A model generated the notes under the pieces. It saw nothing but the letters and a program-made list of their open reading frames with translations, did not search any database and was not told the origin of the DNA. Positions 48,443-55,874 of a DNA stretch of 64,000 nt are shown in pieces. Source of the stretch: Clostridia bacterium. Lineage in GTDB: Bacteria; Bacillota; Clostridia; Oscillospirales; CAG-272. How positions within the stretch are numbered: the stretch's first letter is position 1; each line of letters opens with the position of its first letter. Position numbers and translations under genes: made by a program. The stretch is taken from the NCBI GenBank assembly GCA_017461765.1, contig JAFTXO010000019.1, positions 6,050 through 70,049 of the forward strand, written 5' to 3'.

Positions 48443-50100
48443 TCACCCTTCCTTACGGTAAACGAGAATACGCAGTTTTTACCGTAATCGCTTTCTACTT
48501 TTATTTTTCCGCCGTGAGCCTCAATTATAGTCTTCGAAATAAAGAGTCCGAGTCCTGCTCCGCTCTTATCAAGACCTCTGCTCTTATCGGTCTTATAAAA
48601 TCTGTCAAATACGAACGGCATCTCATCCTCAGCTATACCGATACCCTCGTTGAACACCGAGAATTTGATATCCTTTCCTTCGCTTTTAACGCTTACAAAA
48701 TATTTTCCGCCCTTATACGAGAATTTTATCGCATTGTGGCAAAGGTTATAAACTACTCTGTTTATGGCATCCTTATCGCCAAGAGCTATCATATCGAAGT
48801 TCTCGAATTCGCAATCGACATCAAGCTCCTTTTCAATAAACTGATTTTCCAAGGAAATAATGGTCTGACGAACCGTTTCGCAAATGTTAAACGGCTTTAT
48901 ATCGAATTTGTTCTCGCCTGACTGTATTCTTGATATATCAAGCAAGGAAATAACAAGTCTGCTTAGTCTTTGAACCTCTTTTTTGATTATTTCAAGGTAA
49001 TACTGATGCTTATCCTCAGGGATAGCTCCGTCCAAAATTCCGTCAATGAAGCCTGCTATCGTTGTCATTGGCGTACGAAGGTCATGAGATACGCTGCTTA
49101 AAAAGTTCTTTTGCATCTCATCCTTGGCATTTAACGCTATTGCCATATTGTTGAAGGATTCAGCAAGCTCGGAAAGCTCATCGTTTCCTCTTACGCTAAG
49201 TCTTGTATCGAATTTTCCGTGTGAGAACTCTTTGGTTGCTTTTCCTATCTCGCGAACAGGCTTAAGTATCGAATAGCTTATCATATAAACCACTATTACT
49301 GCGGCAAGACATACCCAAATTATAGTTAAAATTATCGGAACTGTAATCTCCTGCATCATATCACCCTCTCGCTCTGCAGGATAATAAGCGATGATTGCGC
49401 CGACTATTGCTTGATCCTTCACCTCTTCCTCAAGCTTTTGCTCTGGGGTTTTTGAGGTTTCCTCAATAACTTCATCGTCTACGGTTGTTTGAGTTTCGTC
49501 CTTATCCTCTATATCATTATTTACTTCTCTGCTTTGAATTACAGACGAAAAAAGAAAGACCTCATTTGAGAAAAACCCCTCGCAGTCACGCTGCATTGAA
49601 ATATCCCGTTCTTTTAATATTTCCTCCATCACAGATGAGGGCATTTTATTCATTGTGATTATTGGAGTGGAGCTTGTATCTACCTCCTCAACATTTATAT
49701 CGTTATCGATTATAAGATCCTCGGAATACTGAAGGATCGGCGTTTTTTTTATGACATCGTAATGTGCCGCCATAAGTATATTTCCGTCCTTATCGAGAAC
49801 CAATATATTGGAGTCGGGGTTACTTATAAAAATGATCGAGAGCATATCGTTTATCTCTTCAACATTTTCACGCAAAACGCTATCAAGGCTATTATTTTCA
49901 AGTCCCTTATATCCAAGCAGCGTTTCAAAGGCTACTGTAACGTTTGCAAGCTCCTTTTTGCGCGCATTTATTGAGAAATTATTTATTATTGTACTTATGA
50001 TTATGGCAAGAATAATTACCGTAAAAATAATCATCGCCATAAATATTGCGGTATATTTTGTATAAAAGCTATGAAACTTCTTTCTTTCACGCATTTTCAT
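48439..50100 (-). CDS. sensor histidine kinase (TM, about 200 aa extracytoplasmic domain, TM, HAMP, HisKA, HATPase)
   Basis: H-box SHDLRTPMT, N-box NLCHNAIKF, G-boxes FNEGIGI and GAGLGL. Confidence 0.9.
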   Translation of the reverse strand: MKMRERKKFHSFYTKYTAIFMAMIIFTVIILAIIISTIINNFSINARKKELANVTVAFETLLGYKGLENNSLDSVLRENVEEINDMLSIIFISNPDSNILVLDKDGNILMAAHYDVIKKTPILQYSEDLIIDNDINVEEVDTSSTPIITMNKMPSSVMEEILKERDISMQRDCEGFFSNEVFLFSSVIQSREVNNDIEDKDETQTTVDDEVIEETSKTPEQKLEEEVKDQAIVGAIIAYYPAEREGDMMQEITVPIILTIIWVCLAAVIVVYMISYSILKPVREIGKATKEFSHGKFDTRLSVRGNDELSELAESFNNMAIALNAKDEMQKNFLSSVSHDLRTPMTTIAGFIDGILDGAIPEDKHQYYLEIIKKEVQRLSRLVISLLDISRIQSGENKFDIKPFNICETVRQTIISLENQFIEKELDVDCEFENFDMIALGDKDAINRVVYNLCHNAIKFSYKGGKYFVSVKSEGKDIKFSVFNEGIGIAEDEMPFVFDRFYKTDKSRGLDKSGAGLGLFISKTIIEAHGGKIKVESDYGKNCVFSFTVRKGE

Positions 50101-50143
50101 TATTATTCATCCTTTTTGATATCCCAACAGACTTTATATAATA

Positions 50144-50172
50144 ATTATAACTATTATTGAATGTCAAGTCAA
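50144..50172 (-). promoter_or_regulatory. consensus sigma-A promoter in front of the kinase gene
   Basis: Minus strand reads TTGACT, 17 bp spacer, TATAAT. Confidence 0.6.
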
Positions 50173-50173
50173 T

Positions 50174-50201
50174 AAAAAAGAGGAATTTTTGCAAATTCCT
50201 C
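50174..50201 (-). terminator. intrinsic terminator between response regulator and kinase genes
   Basis: 9-bp stem gaggaattt/aaattcctc followed by T6 on the minus strand. Confidence 0.65.
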
Positions 50202-50214
50202 CTTGATTTCGGTA

Positions 50215-50916
50215 TCAGTCCTGCTGTTGGAATACCTCAAATTTGTATCCCACGCCCCATACTGTTTTAAGCTCCCATTTATCAGATACACCCTGTAATT
50301 TTTCACGAAGGCGCTTAATATGTACATCAACTGTACGGGAGTCTCCGAGATAGTCAAAGCTCCAGACCTTATTAAGAAGCTGATCTCTTGTATATACTCT
50401 GTTGAAGTTCTGAGCAAGAAAATGAAGAAGTAAAAGCTCCTTGTGAGGAACGCTCACACTTTCGCCCTTGATCTTGAGCTCATGATTTGAAAGGCTTATC
50501 TCAAGGTTATCAAAGCGCAAGGTATCCTTGTCAACGTGGCTTTCCATAGCACTGTATCTGCGGAGAACTGCTTTAACTCTTGCAAGAAGCTCCTTCATAT
50601 CAAAGGGCTTTACAACGAAATCGTCAGCACCAAGCTCGAGGCCCAGCACTTTATCAAAAACATCTCCCTTTGCTGTTATCATTATCATCGGCTTTGAGGA
50701 ATTTGCCCTGATCTCACGGCAAACCTCCGTTCCGTCCTTTTTAGGGAGCATAAGGTCAAGAAGAACTATATCGGGATCGTATGATTTGAAGGTACTAAGA
50801 CCCTCTGCACCGTCGTTTGCTATAACTACTTCGTATCCCTCGTTTTGAAAATATACTTTTATAAGTTCGCAAATATTTTGATCATCGTCTATAACGAGCA
50901 TTTTTGTCCCGAGCAT
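50215..50916 (-). CDS. OmpR/PhoB-family response regulator
   Basis: Receiver domain (DDD...DLMLP...K) plus a winged-helix C-terminus ending in GVGYKF. Confidence 0.92.
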   Translation of the reverse strand: MLGTKMLVIDDDQNICELIKVYFQNEGYEVVIANDGAEGLSTFKSYDPDIVLLDLMLPKKDGTEVCREIRANSSKPMIMITAKGDVFDKVLGLELGADDFVVKPFDMKELLARVKAVLRRYSAMESHVDKDTLRFDNLEISLSNHELKIKGESVSVPHKELLLLHFLAQNFNRVYTRDQLLNKVWSFDYLGDSRTVDVHIKRLREKLQGVSDKWELKTVWGVGYKFEVFQQQD

Positions 50917-51132
50917 TATTTTCTCTCCTTTATTTTTGTTTATGATTTATTTTAACACATTTTTTCTATATTGTAAATAATTAATTCATATTTTTTTAAT
51001 TTTTATAAAATTCGCGATAATATCATTTCTATTTTAATATGCTTTTGTGAAGGATTCGTGAACATACGGTGTGATTTGAATAAAAATAATATATCTTTAT
51101 ATATTAAATTATATTAAATTTTATTTTTTTAC

Positions 51133-51161
51133 TTGATTAAAGGGTTAAAATATGGTATCAT
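51133..51161 (+). promoter_or_regulatory. sigma-A promoter of ychF
   Basis: TTGATT, 17 bp spacer, TATCAT. Confidence 0.5.
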
Positions 51162-51209
51162 TATCACGGTGCGCTGATGCGCATAATTTATCATCATTGA
51201 GGTGCTATA

Positions 51210-52304
51210 ATGAAACTTGGTATCGTAGGCTTGCCCAATGTCGGCAAAAGTACTCTTTTTAACGCTTTGACTAATGCGGGCGCACAAAGCGCTAACTATC
51301 CCTTCTGCACTATTGAGCCAAATGTAGGTGTCGTTGCAGTTCCCGATTCCCGTCTTGATGCGCTTGCTAAAATGTATAATCCGGAGCTTTATACTCCGGC
51401 AGTTATCGAATTCGTTGATATTGCAGGTCTTGTAAGAGGCGCTTCCAAGGGTGAGGGACTTGGAAACAAGTTTTTATCTCACATAAGAGAGGTTGACGCT
51501 ATCGTTCACGTCGTTCGCTGCTTTGAAAATAACGATATTATTCACGTTGACGGAAACGTAAATCCAATCCGTGACGTTGAAACTATAAATCTTGAGCTTA
51601 TTTTTTCGGATATTGAGATCCTTGAAAGAAGAATCGATTCCGTTAAAAAGGCTATGAAGGGGGACAAGACTCTTGCTCCCAAGCTTGAGGTATACGAAAG
51701 AGTTATGAAGGCTCTTGAGGAAGGAAAGACCGCGCGTTCTCTTGATTATACCGAGGACGAGGCGATTTATATGAGCGAGGTAGCGCTCCTTACGACAAAG
51801 CCAGTTATATATGCGGCAAACATAAGCGAGAGTGATATTTCCTCCGACCTTACAAAGAATAAATACTACCAAAGCGTAGTTGAGTTTGCAAAAACCGAAA
51901 AGAGCGAGGTTATTCCCGTTTGCGCTGAGATCGAAGCTGAGATTGCCGAGCTTGACGACGAGGAAAAGGAAATGTTCCTTGCCGATCTCGGTATTGAGGA
52001 ATCGGGTCTTGACAGACTCATCAAGGCAAGCTATTCCTTGCTCGGTCTTATAAGCTATCTTACCGCAGGACCTAAAGAGGTTCGTGCTTGGACTATTGTA
52101 AAGGGCACGAAGGCTCCGCAGGCGGCAGGCAAGATTCACTCTGATTTTGAAAAGGGCTTCATTCGTGCAGAGATCGTTTCTTTTGACGATCTTATGGAAT
52201 GCGGATCTATGAACGTAGCAAAGGAAAAGGGGCTTGTTCGCTCAGAGGGTAAGGAATACGTTATAGCTGACGGAGATATAGTTTTATTCAGATTTAATGT
52301 GTGA
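51210..52304 (+). CDS. ychF: redox-regulated ATPase YchF
   Basis: GLPNVGKST and DIAGLV motifs with a C-terminal TGS/YchF domain, 364 aa. Confidence 0.95.
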   Translation: MKLGIVGLPNVGKSTLFNALTNAGAQSANYPFCTIEPNVGVVAVPDSRLDALAKMYNPELYTPAVIEFVDIAGLVRGASKGEGLGNKFLSHIREVDAIVHVVRCFENNDIIHVDGNVNPIRDVETINLELIFSDIEILERRIDSVKKAMKGDKTLAPKLEVYERVMKALEEGKTARSLDYTEDEAIYMSEVALLTTKPVIYAANISESDISSDLTKNKYYQSVVEFAKTEKSEVIPVCAEIEAEIAELDDEEKEMFLADLGIEESGLDRLIKASYSLLGLISYLTAGPKEVRAWTIVKGTKAPQAAGKIHSDFEKGFIRAEIVSFDDLMECGSMNVAKEKGLVRSEGKEYVIADGDIVLFRFNV

Positions 52305-52312
52305 GGATATTT

Positions 52313-53224
52313 ATGATGAGAACGGATTGGTTTTCTGAGGCGGGATTTGGTCTTTTCGTCCATTGGACGACACATTCCCTGCCCGAATGCGGTGAAAAGA
52401 AATCTTATCAGGATGCTGTAAGAGATTTTCAGCTTGATAAATTTGTTGAGCAGGTCGTAAATTCAGGAGCAAAATTTCTATTTTTTACGACATCTTGGGC
52501 TAAAATGATGCTCCCCTTCCCGCTTGACGAGCTTGATGAAATAGTTCCCGATCACACCTGCGAGCGTGATCTCATAGGAGAGCTTTCCGATGCGCTTGAC
52601 AAGCATGGCATAAAGCTACTTATCTACTTTAACGGCGACGGATCTCAGGATCCTTTATGGCAAGAGGCTACGGGATTTAAAGAGGATCCTAAAAAGCACG
52701 CGGAATACTGCTACAAGATAACCGAGGCTATATCTAAAAAATACGGTAAAAGACTCAGCGGTTGGTGGATAGATTGCTGTTATGAGCCCGGAATTTGTAA
52801 CGGTACAGGCGTTCGCTACGACTATGAAAGATACGCAAAAGCCTTGCGTAGCGGAAATGAAGACTCGATTGTTGCATTTAACTTTCGCGGCACTTGCCCT
52901 TGGGGCAGTGTTTGGGGAAAGGATATTGCCGACTATCAAGCAGGAGAAGAAAACGATATATCTTTTCTTCCTACGAGCCGATTCAGCGGCGAGGGTGATA
53001 CGCAGTGGTTTGCGCTCTGTTGGATGGATGAATTTTGGGTCCATGAAAAAGAGGGCGAGCCAACGCCACAGCACAGCAATCAAAATGTTCTTGACTATGT
53101 AAATGCAATAAAGGAAAAGGGCGGAGTTTTTGCATACAACTGTGCCGTTTACCAAGAGGGCTTAATTGCAGATAAGACATATGATCAATTAAAATGGCTC
53201 AATAAAAACGGAATTTCAAAATAA
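52313..53224 (+). CDS. GH29-like (alpha-L-fucosidase family) catalytic-domain protein, short
   Basis: WFSEAGFGLFVHWTTHS resembles the GH29 N-terminal block. About 300 aa with no C-terminal beta domain. Start set to ATG behind GAGGA. Confidence 0.45.
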   Translation: MMRTDWFSEAGFGLFVHWTTHSLPECGEKKSYQDAVRDFQLDKFVEQVVNSGAKFLFFTTSWAKMMLPFPLDELDEIVPDHTCERDLIGELSDALDKHGIKLLIYFNGDGSQDPLWQEATGFKEDPKKHAEYCYKITEAISKKYGKRLSGWWIDCCYEPGICNGTGVRYDYERYAKALRSGNEDSIVAFNFRGTCPWGSVWGKDIADYQAGEENDISFLPTSRFSGEGDTQWFALCWMDEFWVHEKEGEPTPQHSNQNVLDYVNAIKEKGGVFAYNCAVYQEGLIADKTYDQLKWLNKNGISK

Positions 53225-53227
53225 CAT

Positions 53228-53256
53228 AAAAAGGCGGAAAAATTTCCGCCTTCTTT
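53228..53256. terminator. bidirectional terminator, copy 1 of the aaggcggaaa..tccgcctt hairpin
   Basis: Stem aaggcggaa/ttccgcctt with flanking A and T runs. Confidence 0.75.
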
Positions 53257-53259
53257 ATT

Positions 53260-53895
53260 TTATTCTGCTTTTTTGAATTTTATCTGAACCTCATTTGGAA
53301 AATCTTCCATATTAGTCGGGAATAATTCTTTTGGAATTATAAGTACATCACAAAACGTCTCTCCACCCGGTGATATTTTGTCTCCAAAATCCGGGCCATC
53401 CATTTCTATATAAACACTCATGGTTTTATCTTCTTCGTTATATGAAAAATCATAATATCCAATCACAGAATATCCGCTTGTAGTAACCGTTATGCTTTGA
53501 ACTACCAAATAATTGCTTTCGAAAATTTGTTCATTAAAATTATCTTTTAATTCGAGGTGTTTCTCTGCTATTTCATTAACAAATTCTTGATAATCTGTAT
53601 AGATCGCTTTCCATTCATACCCCCAATGAACAACTTCGGAAACTACCGTTTCGTAATATGAAATTTCAGGAACATCCGTTGATGTTTCTTCAACAACGTC
53701 AGTGCTTGTTTCTTCAGCTGTTGATGTTGCTTCGACTGTTGTTGTTTCATCAACAGTGGTTGTTTCTTCGATGATAGTTGTCTCTTCCACCTTAGATGTC
53801 TCACTCGAGCTTTCATCCGTCGGAGCATCCTTGTCACAAGAGGTTATAAACAGAAATGTCGTTAGAATAAGCAGCATTATCAGTAGCTTTTTCAT
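53260..53895 (-). CDS. lipoprotein, family member A (acidic T/E linker plus about 130 aa C-terminal domain)
   Basis: MKKLLIMLLILTTFLFITSC lipobox and linker EETTTVDETTTVEATST. The C-terminal block FESNYLVV..TTSGYSV faintly resembles PrcB_C-type domains. Confidence 0.65.
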   Translation of the reverse strand: MKKLLIMLLILTTFLFITSCDKDAPTDESSSETSKVEETTIIEETTTVDETTTVEATSTAEETSTDVVEETSTDVPEISYYETVVSEVVHWGYEWKAIYTDYQEFVNEIAEKHLELKDNFNEQIFESNYLVVQSITVTTSGYSVIGYYDFSYNEEDKTMSVYIEMDGPDFGDKISPGGETFCDVLIIPKELFPTNMEDFPNEVQIKFKKAE

Positions 53896-53919
53896 ATTTG
53901 TACCTCCTTGTTTTTATTA

Positions 53920-53944
53920 GAAGGCGGAAAATCCGCCTTCTTTT
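53920..53944 (-). terminator. terminator, copy 2 of the aaggcggaaaatccgcctt hairpin
   Basis: gaaggcggaaaatccgccttc followed by TTTT, in the 48-nt gap between the tandem lipoprotein genes. Confidence 0.7.
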
Positions 53945-54705
53945 CAACTAACAAATTCATCACCTTTTTTAATAAAAAACTCACTTCTGTCCTTTGATAT
54001 TTCCCAATACATTATTGTAGGCGGATCATTACATTGATTGTGATCGTTTTCTTCCATATATATTTTAAATGTTTTATCCGCGAGATTTTCACTATAAAAC
54101 TCACGCGGAATAAGAATCATATCTGCTCTTAAACGCTCAACAGGATCGTGTAATTCAAAAGCATCATAATAACTGCTTACATAAAGACTAATCGCGTCTT
54201 CAGTAACGGTAAAACCCTTATATGCACGTAATACCAAATCATCTGTCGGTCTTCCGCCTGGGAAAATTGTATCAAAAATCGCAATTACAAAATAATCTTC
54301 AAATGTTTGAGAGCTGATATTATTAATAATCTTGCTTTTTTCCTCTTCACTGTCTATGTATTCTTGCGCAAAAGCTACAAGCTCGCCGCTGTTATTTATT
54401 ATTTTGGAATTTGCTTTTCCATAAACAACTCCATCACAGCAATCAACAAGATAATGTTTATGATATCCCACATATACCTTATCTTGCTCTTTCTCAAAGC
54501 TTTCTTCTACAACATCCGTGCTTGTTTCGTTGGTTGTCATAGTTTCGTCAATAACTCGAGTACTTGTTTCTTCTACTATCGTTGTTTCTTCAATAGATGT
54601 TTTATCTGATGTATCAAAAGAAATATCATCAGAATTAGATTCGTCGCAAGAGGTCAAAGCTAAAAACGTCGTTAGTATCAGTAGCAATATAAGTAGCTTT
54701 TTCAT
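53944..54705 (-). CDS. lipoprotein, family member B
   Basis: MKKLLILLLILTTFLALTSC lipobox and an acidic T/E linker. The C-terminal domain is diverged but keeps the FEDYFVIAIF and ILIPREF blocks. Confidence 0.65.
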   Translation of the reverse strand: MKKLLILLLILTTFLALTSCDESNSDDISFDTSDKTSIEETTIVEETSTRVIDETMTTNETSTDVVEESFEKEQDKVYVGYHKHYLVDCCDGVVYGKANSKIINNSGELVAFAQEYIDSEEEKSKIINNISSQTFEDYFVIAIFDTIFPGGRPTDDLVLRAYKGFTVTEDAISLYVSSYYDAFELHDPVERLRADMILIPREFYSENLADKTFKIYMEENDHNQCNDPPTIMYWEISKDRSEFFIKKGDEFVS

Positions 54706-54915
54706 AATTTTGCGCTCCTTGATTTATTATGAATTTGAATTTAGGAATATATACCATATCTTCCTATTTTTAGTTTAGCATATGTGATAATATTTGTCAA
54801 TAGGGTATTTTTAACTTTGTTAAAAATGCACAAAAATCAAAATTGGTTTTTGTACATAACAACCAATTGAGAATTCAAATACAAAAAGGTCATTGTGATT
54901 ACAATGACCTTTTTG
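54706..54915 (-). repeat. about 210-bp upstream module (terminator, palindrome, promoter, 5'UTR), copy 1
   Basis: The 85-bp core at 54744-54828 is identical to 63189-63273. The flanking hairpin aaggtcattgtgattacaatgacctt is also identical. Confidence 0.85.
54772..54800 (-). promoter_or_regulatory. sigma-A promoter of lipoprotein B gene
   Basis: Minus strand reads TTGACA, 17 bp spacer, TAAACT, inside the identical 85-bp core. Confidence 0.55.
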
Positions 54916-54967
54916 TTAACAAGTAATAAGCTTTTGAGAAAATACTATTCTCTCTTTTCAGGCTTTA

Positions 54968-55870
54968 TTATTTAAGAGAATCGATATAGTCACAGGCGGC
55001 AAGGGCGGCTATTGCACCGTCGGCGCACGCTGTAGCTACCTGTCTTATTCTCTTTTTACGGCAGTCGCCTGCTACATAAATTCCGTTTGTTTGTGTAAGG
55101 CAAGCTTCATCTGAATCTGCGTATCCGAATTTATCAAGCTTGATAAGCTCTGCAAACGGCTCGTTTTGAGGGATCAAGCCTATCGCAACGAAAAGTCCGT
55201 CTATTACAAGCTCATTTTCGCCATCAGGTGTTTTTATCTCAACTGCGCTAAGCTCACCATCACCCTTAAGAGCGCTTATCGACGCGCTTGTAATGATTTC
55301 TATATTATCCTTTTTCAGTACCTGCTCCTGAAGCTTTTTTTCACCTGTGAGCACTTCAAGATTTTGAATTATATAGACCTTTTTACAAAGATCGGAGAGC
55401 AATATTGCTTCCTGAAGCGCGGAATTTCCGCCTCCCAAAACTGCAACAGTCTTTCCCTCGTAAAAAGCACCGTCACACACTGCACAAAAGGATATGCCGT
55501 TTCCTATATATTTTTCTTCATTTTCTATTCCCGGTAAGCGATGCTTCGCGCCTGTGGCGATTACCACGGCTTTAGCCTCATATTCTCCGCTATCGGTAGA
55601 GACTGTTTTTATATCGCCGTCCTTAATTCCAAGCACCTCACAGGGCTCAACGTCAGCTCCCTGAAGGAGAACCTGCTCCACCAATTTCTCGGCAAATTCG
55701 TTGCCTGTAAGAGATGAAAATCCGGGGATATTTTCAACCTTCGGCGAAAAGGTTATCTGTCCGCCGAAAGCCGATTTTTCAAGCACTAAAACACTTTTAT
55801 TTGCTCTGCACGCATAAAGTGCCGCGGTAAGTCCCGCAGGACCTGCTCCGATTACAATTATATCGTACAT
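54968..55870 (-). CDS. trxB: thioredoxin reductase-like flavoprotein lacking the NADPH HRRxxxR motif
   Basis: GAGPAG FAD motif, redox CAVCDG, GGGNSA. By my alignment the position of E. coli HRRDGFRA reads QNLEVLTG. The start is 4 nt after the nrdD stop. Confidence 0.8.
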   Translation of the reverse strand: MYDIIVIGAGPAGLTAALYACRANKSVLVLEKSAFGGQITFSPKVENIPGFSSLTGNEFAEKLVEQVLLQGADVEPCEVLGIKDGDIKTVSTDSGEYEAKAVVIATGAKHRLPGIENEEKYIGNGISFCAVCDGAFYEGKTVAVLGGGNSALQEAILLSDLCKKVYIIQNLEVLTGEKKLQEQVLKKDNIEIITSASISALKGDGELSAVEIKTPDGENELVIDGLFVAIGLIPQNEPFAELIKLDKFGYADSDEACLTQTNGIYVAGDCRKKRIRQVATACADGAIAALAACDYIDSLK

Positions 55871-55874
55871 ATGA

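Noticed and set aside
50169-50417. 82-aa minus-strand ORF overlapping the response-regulator 3' end and the terminator.
   Set aside because: It is out of frame with the well-supported regulator gene and crosses the intrinsic terminator.
51101-51120. Perfect tandem 10-mer ATATTAAATT x2 between the response-regulator gene and ychF, as a possible OmpR-type direct-repeat site.
   Set aside because: It is a pure A/T low-complexity sequence in an AT-rich spacer about 200 bp from the regulator start. There is no supporting evidence.
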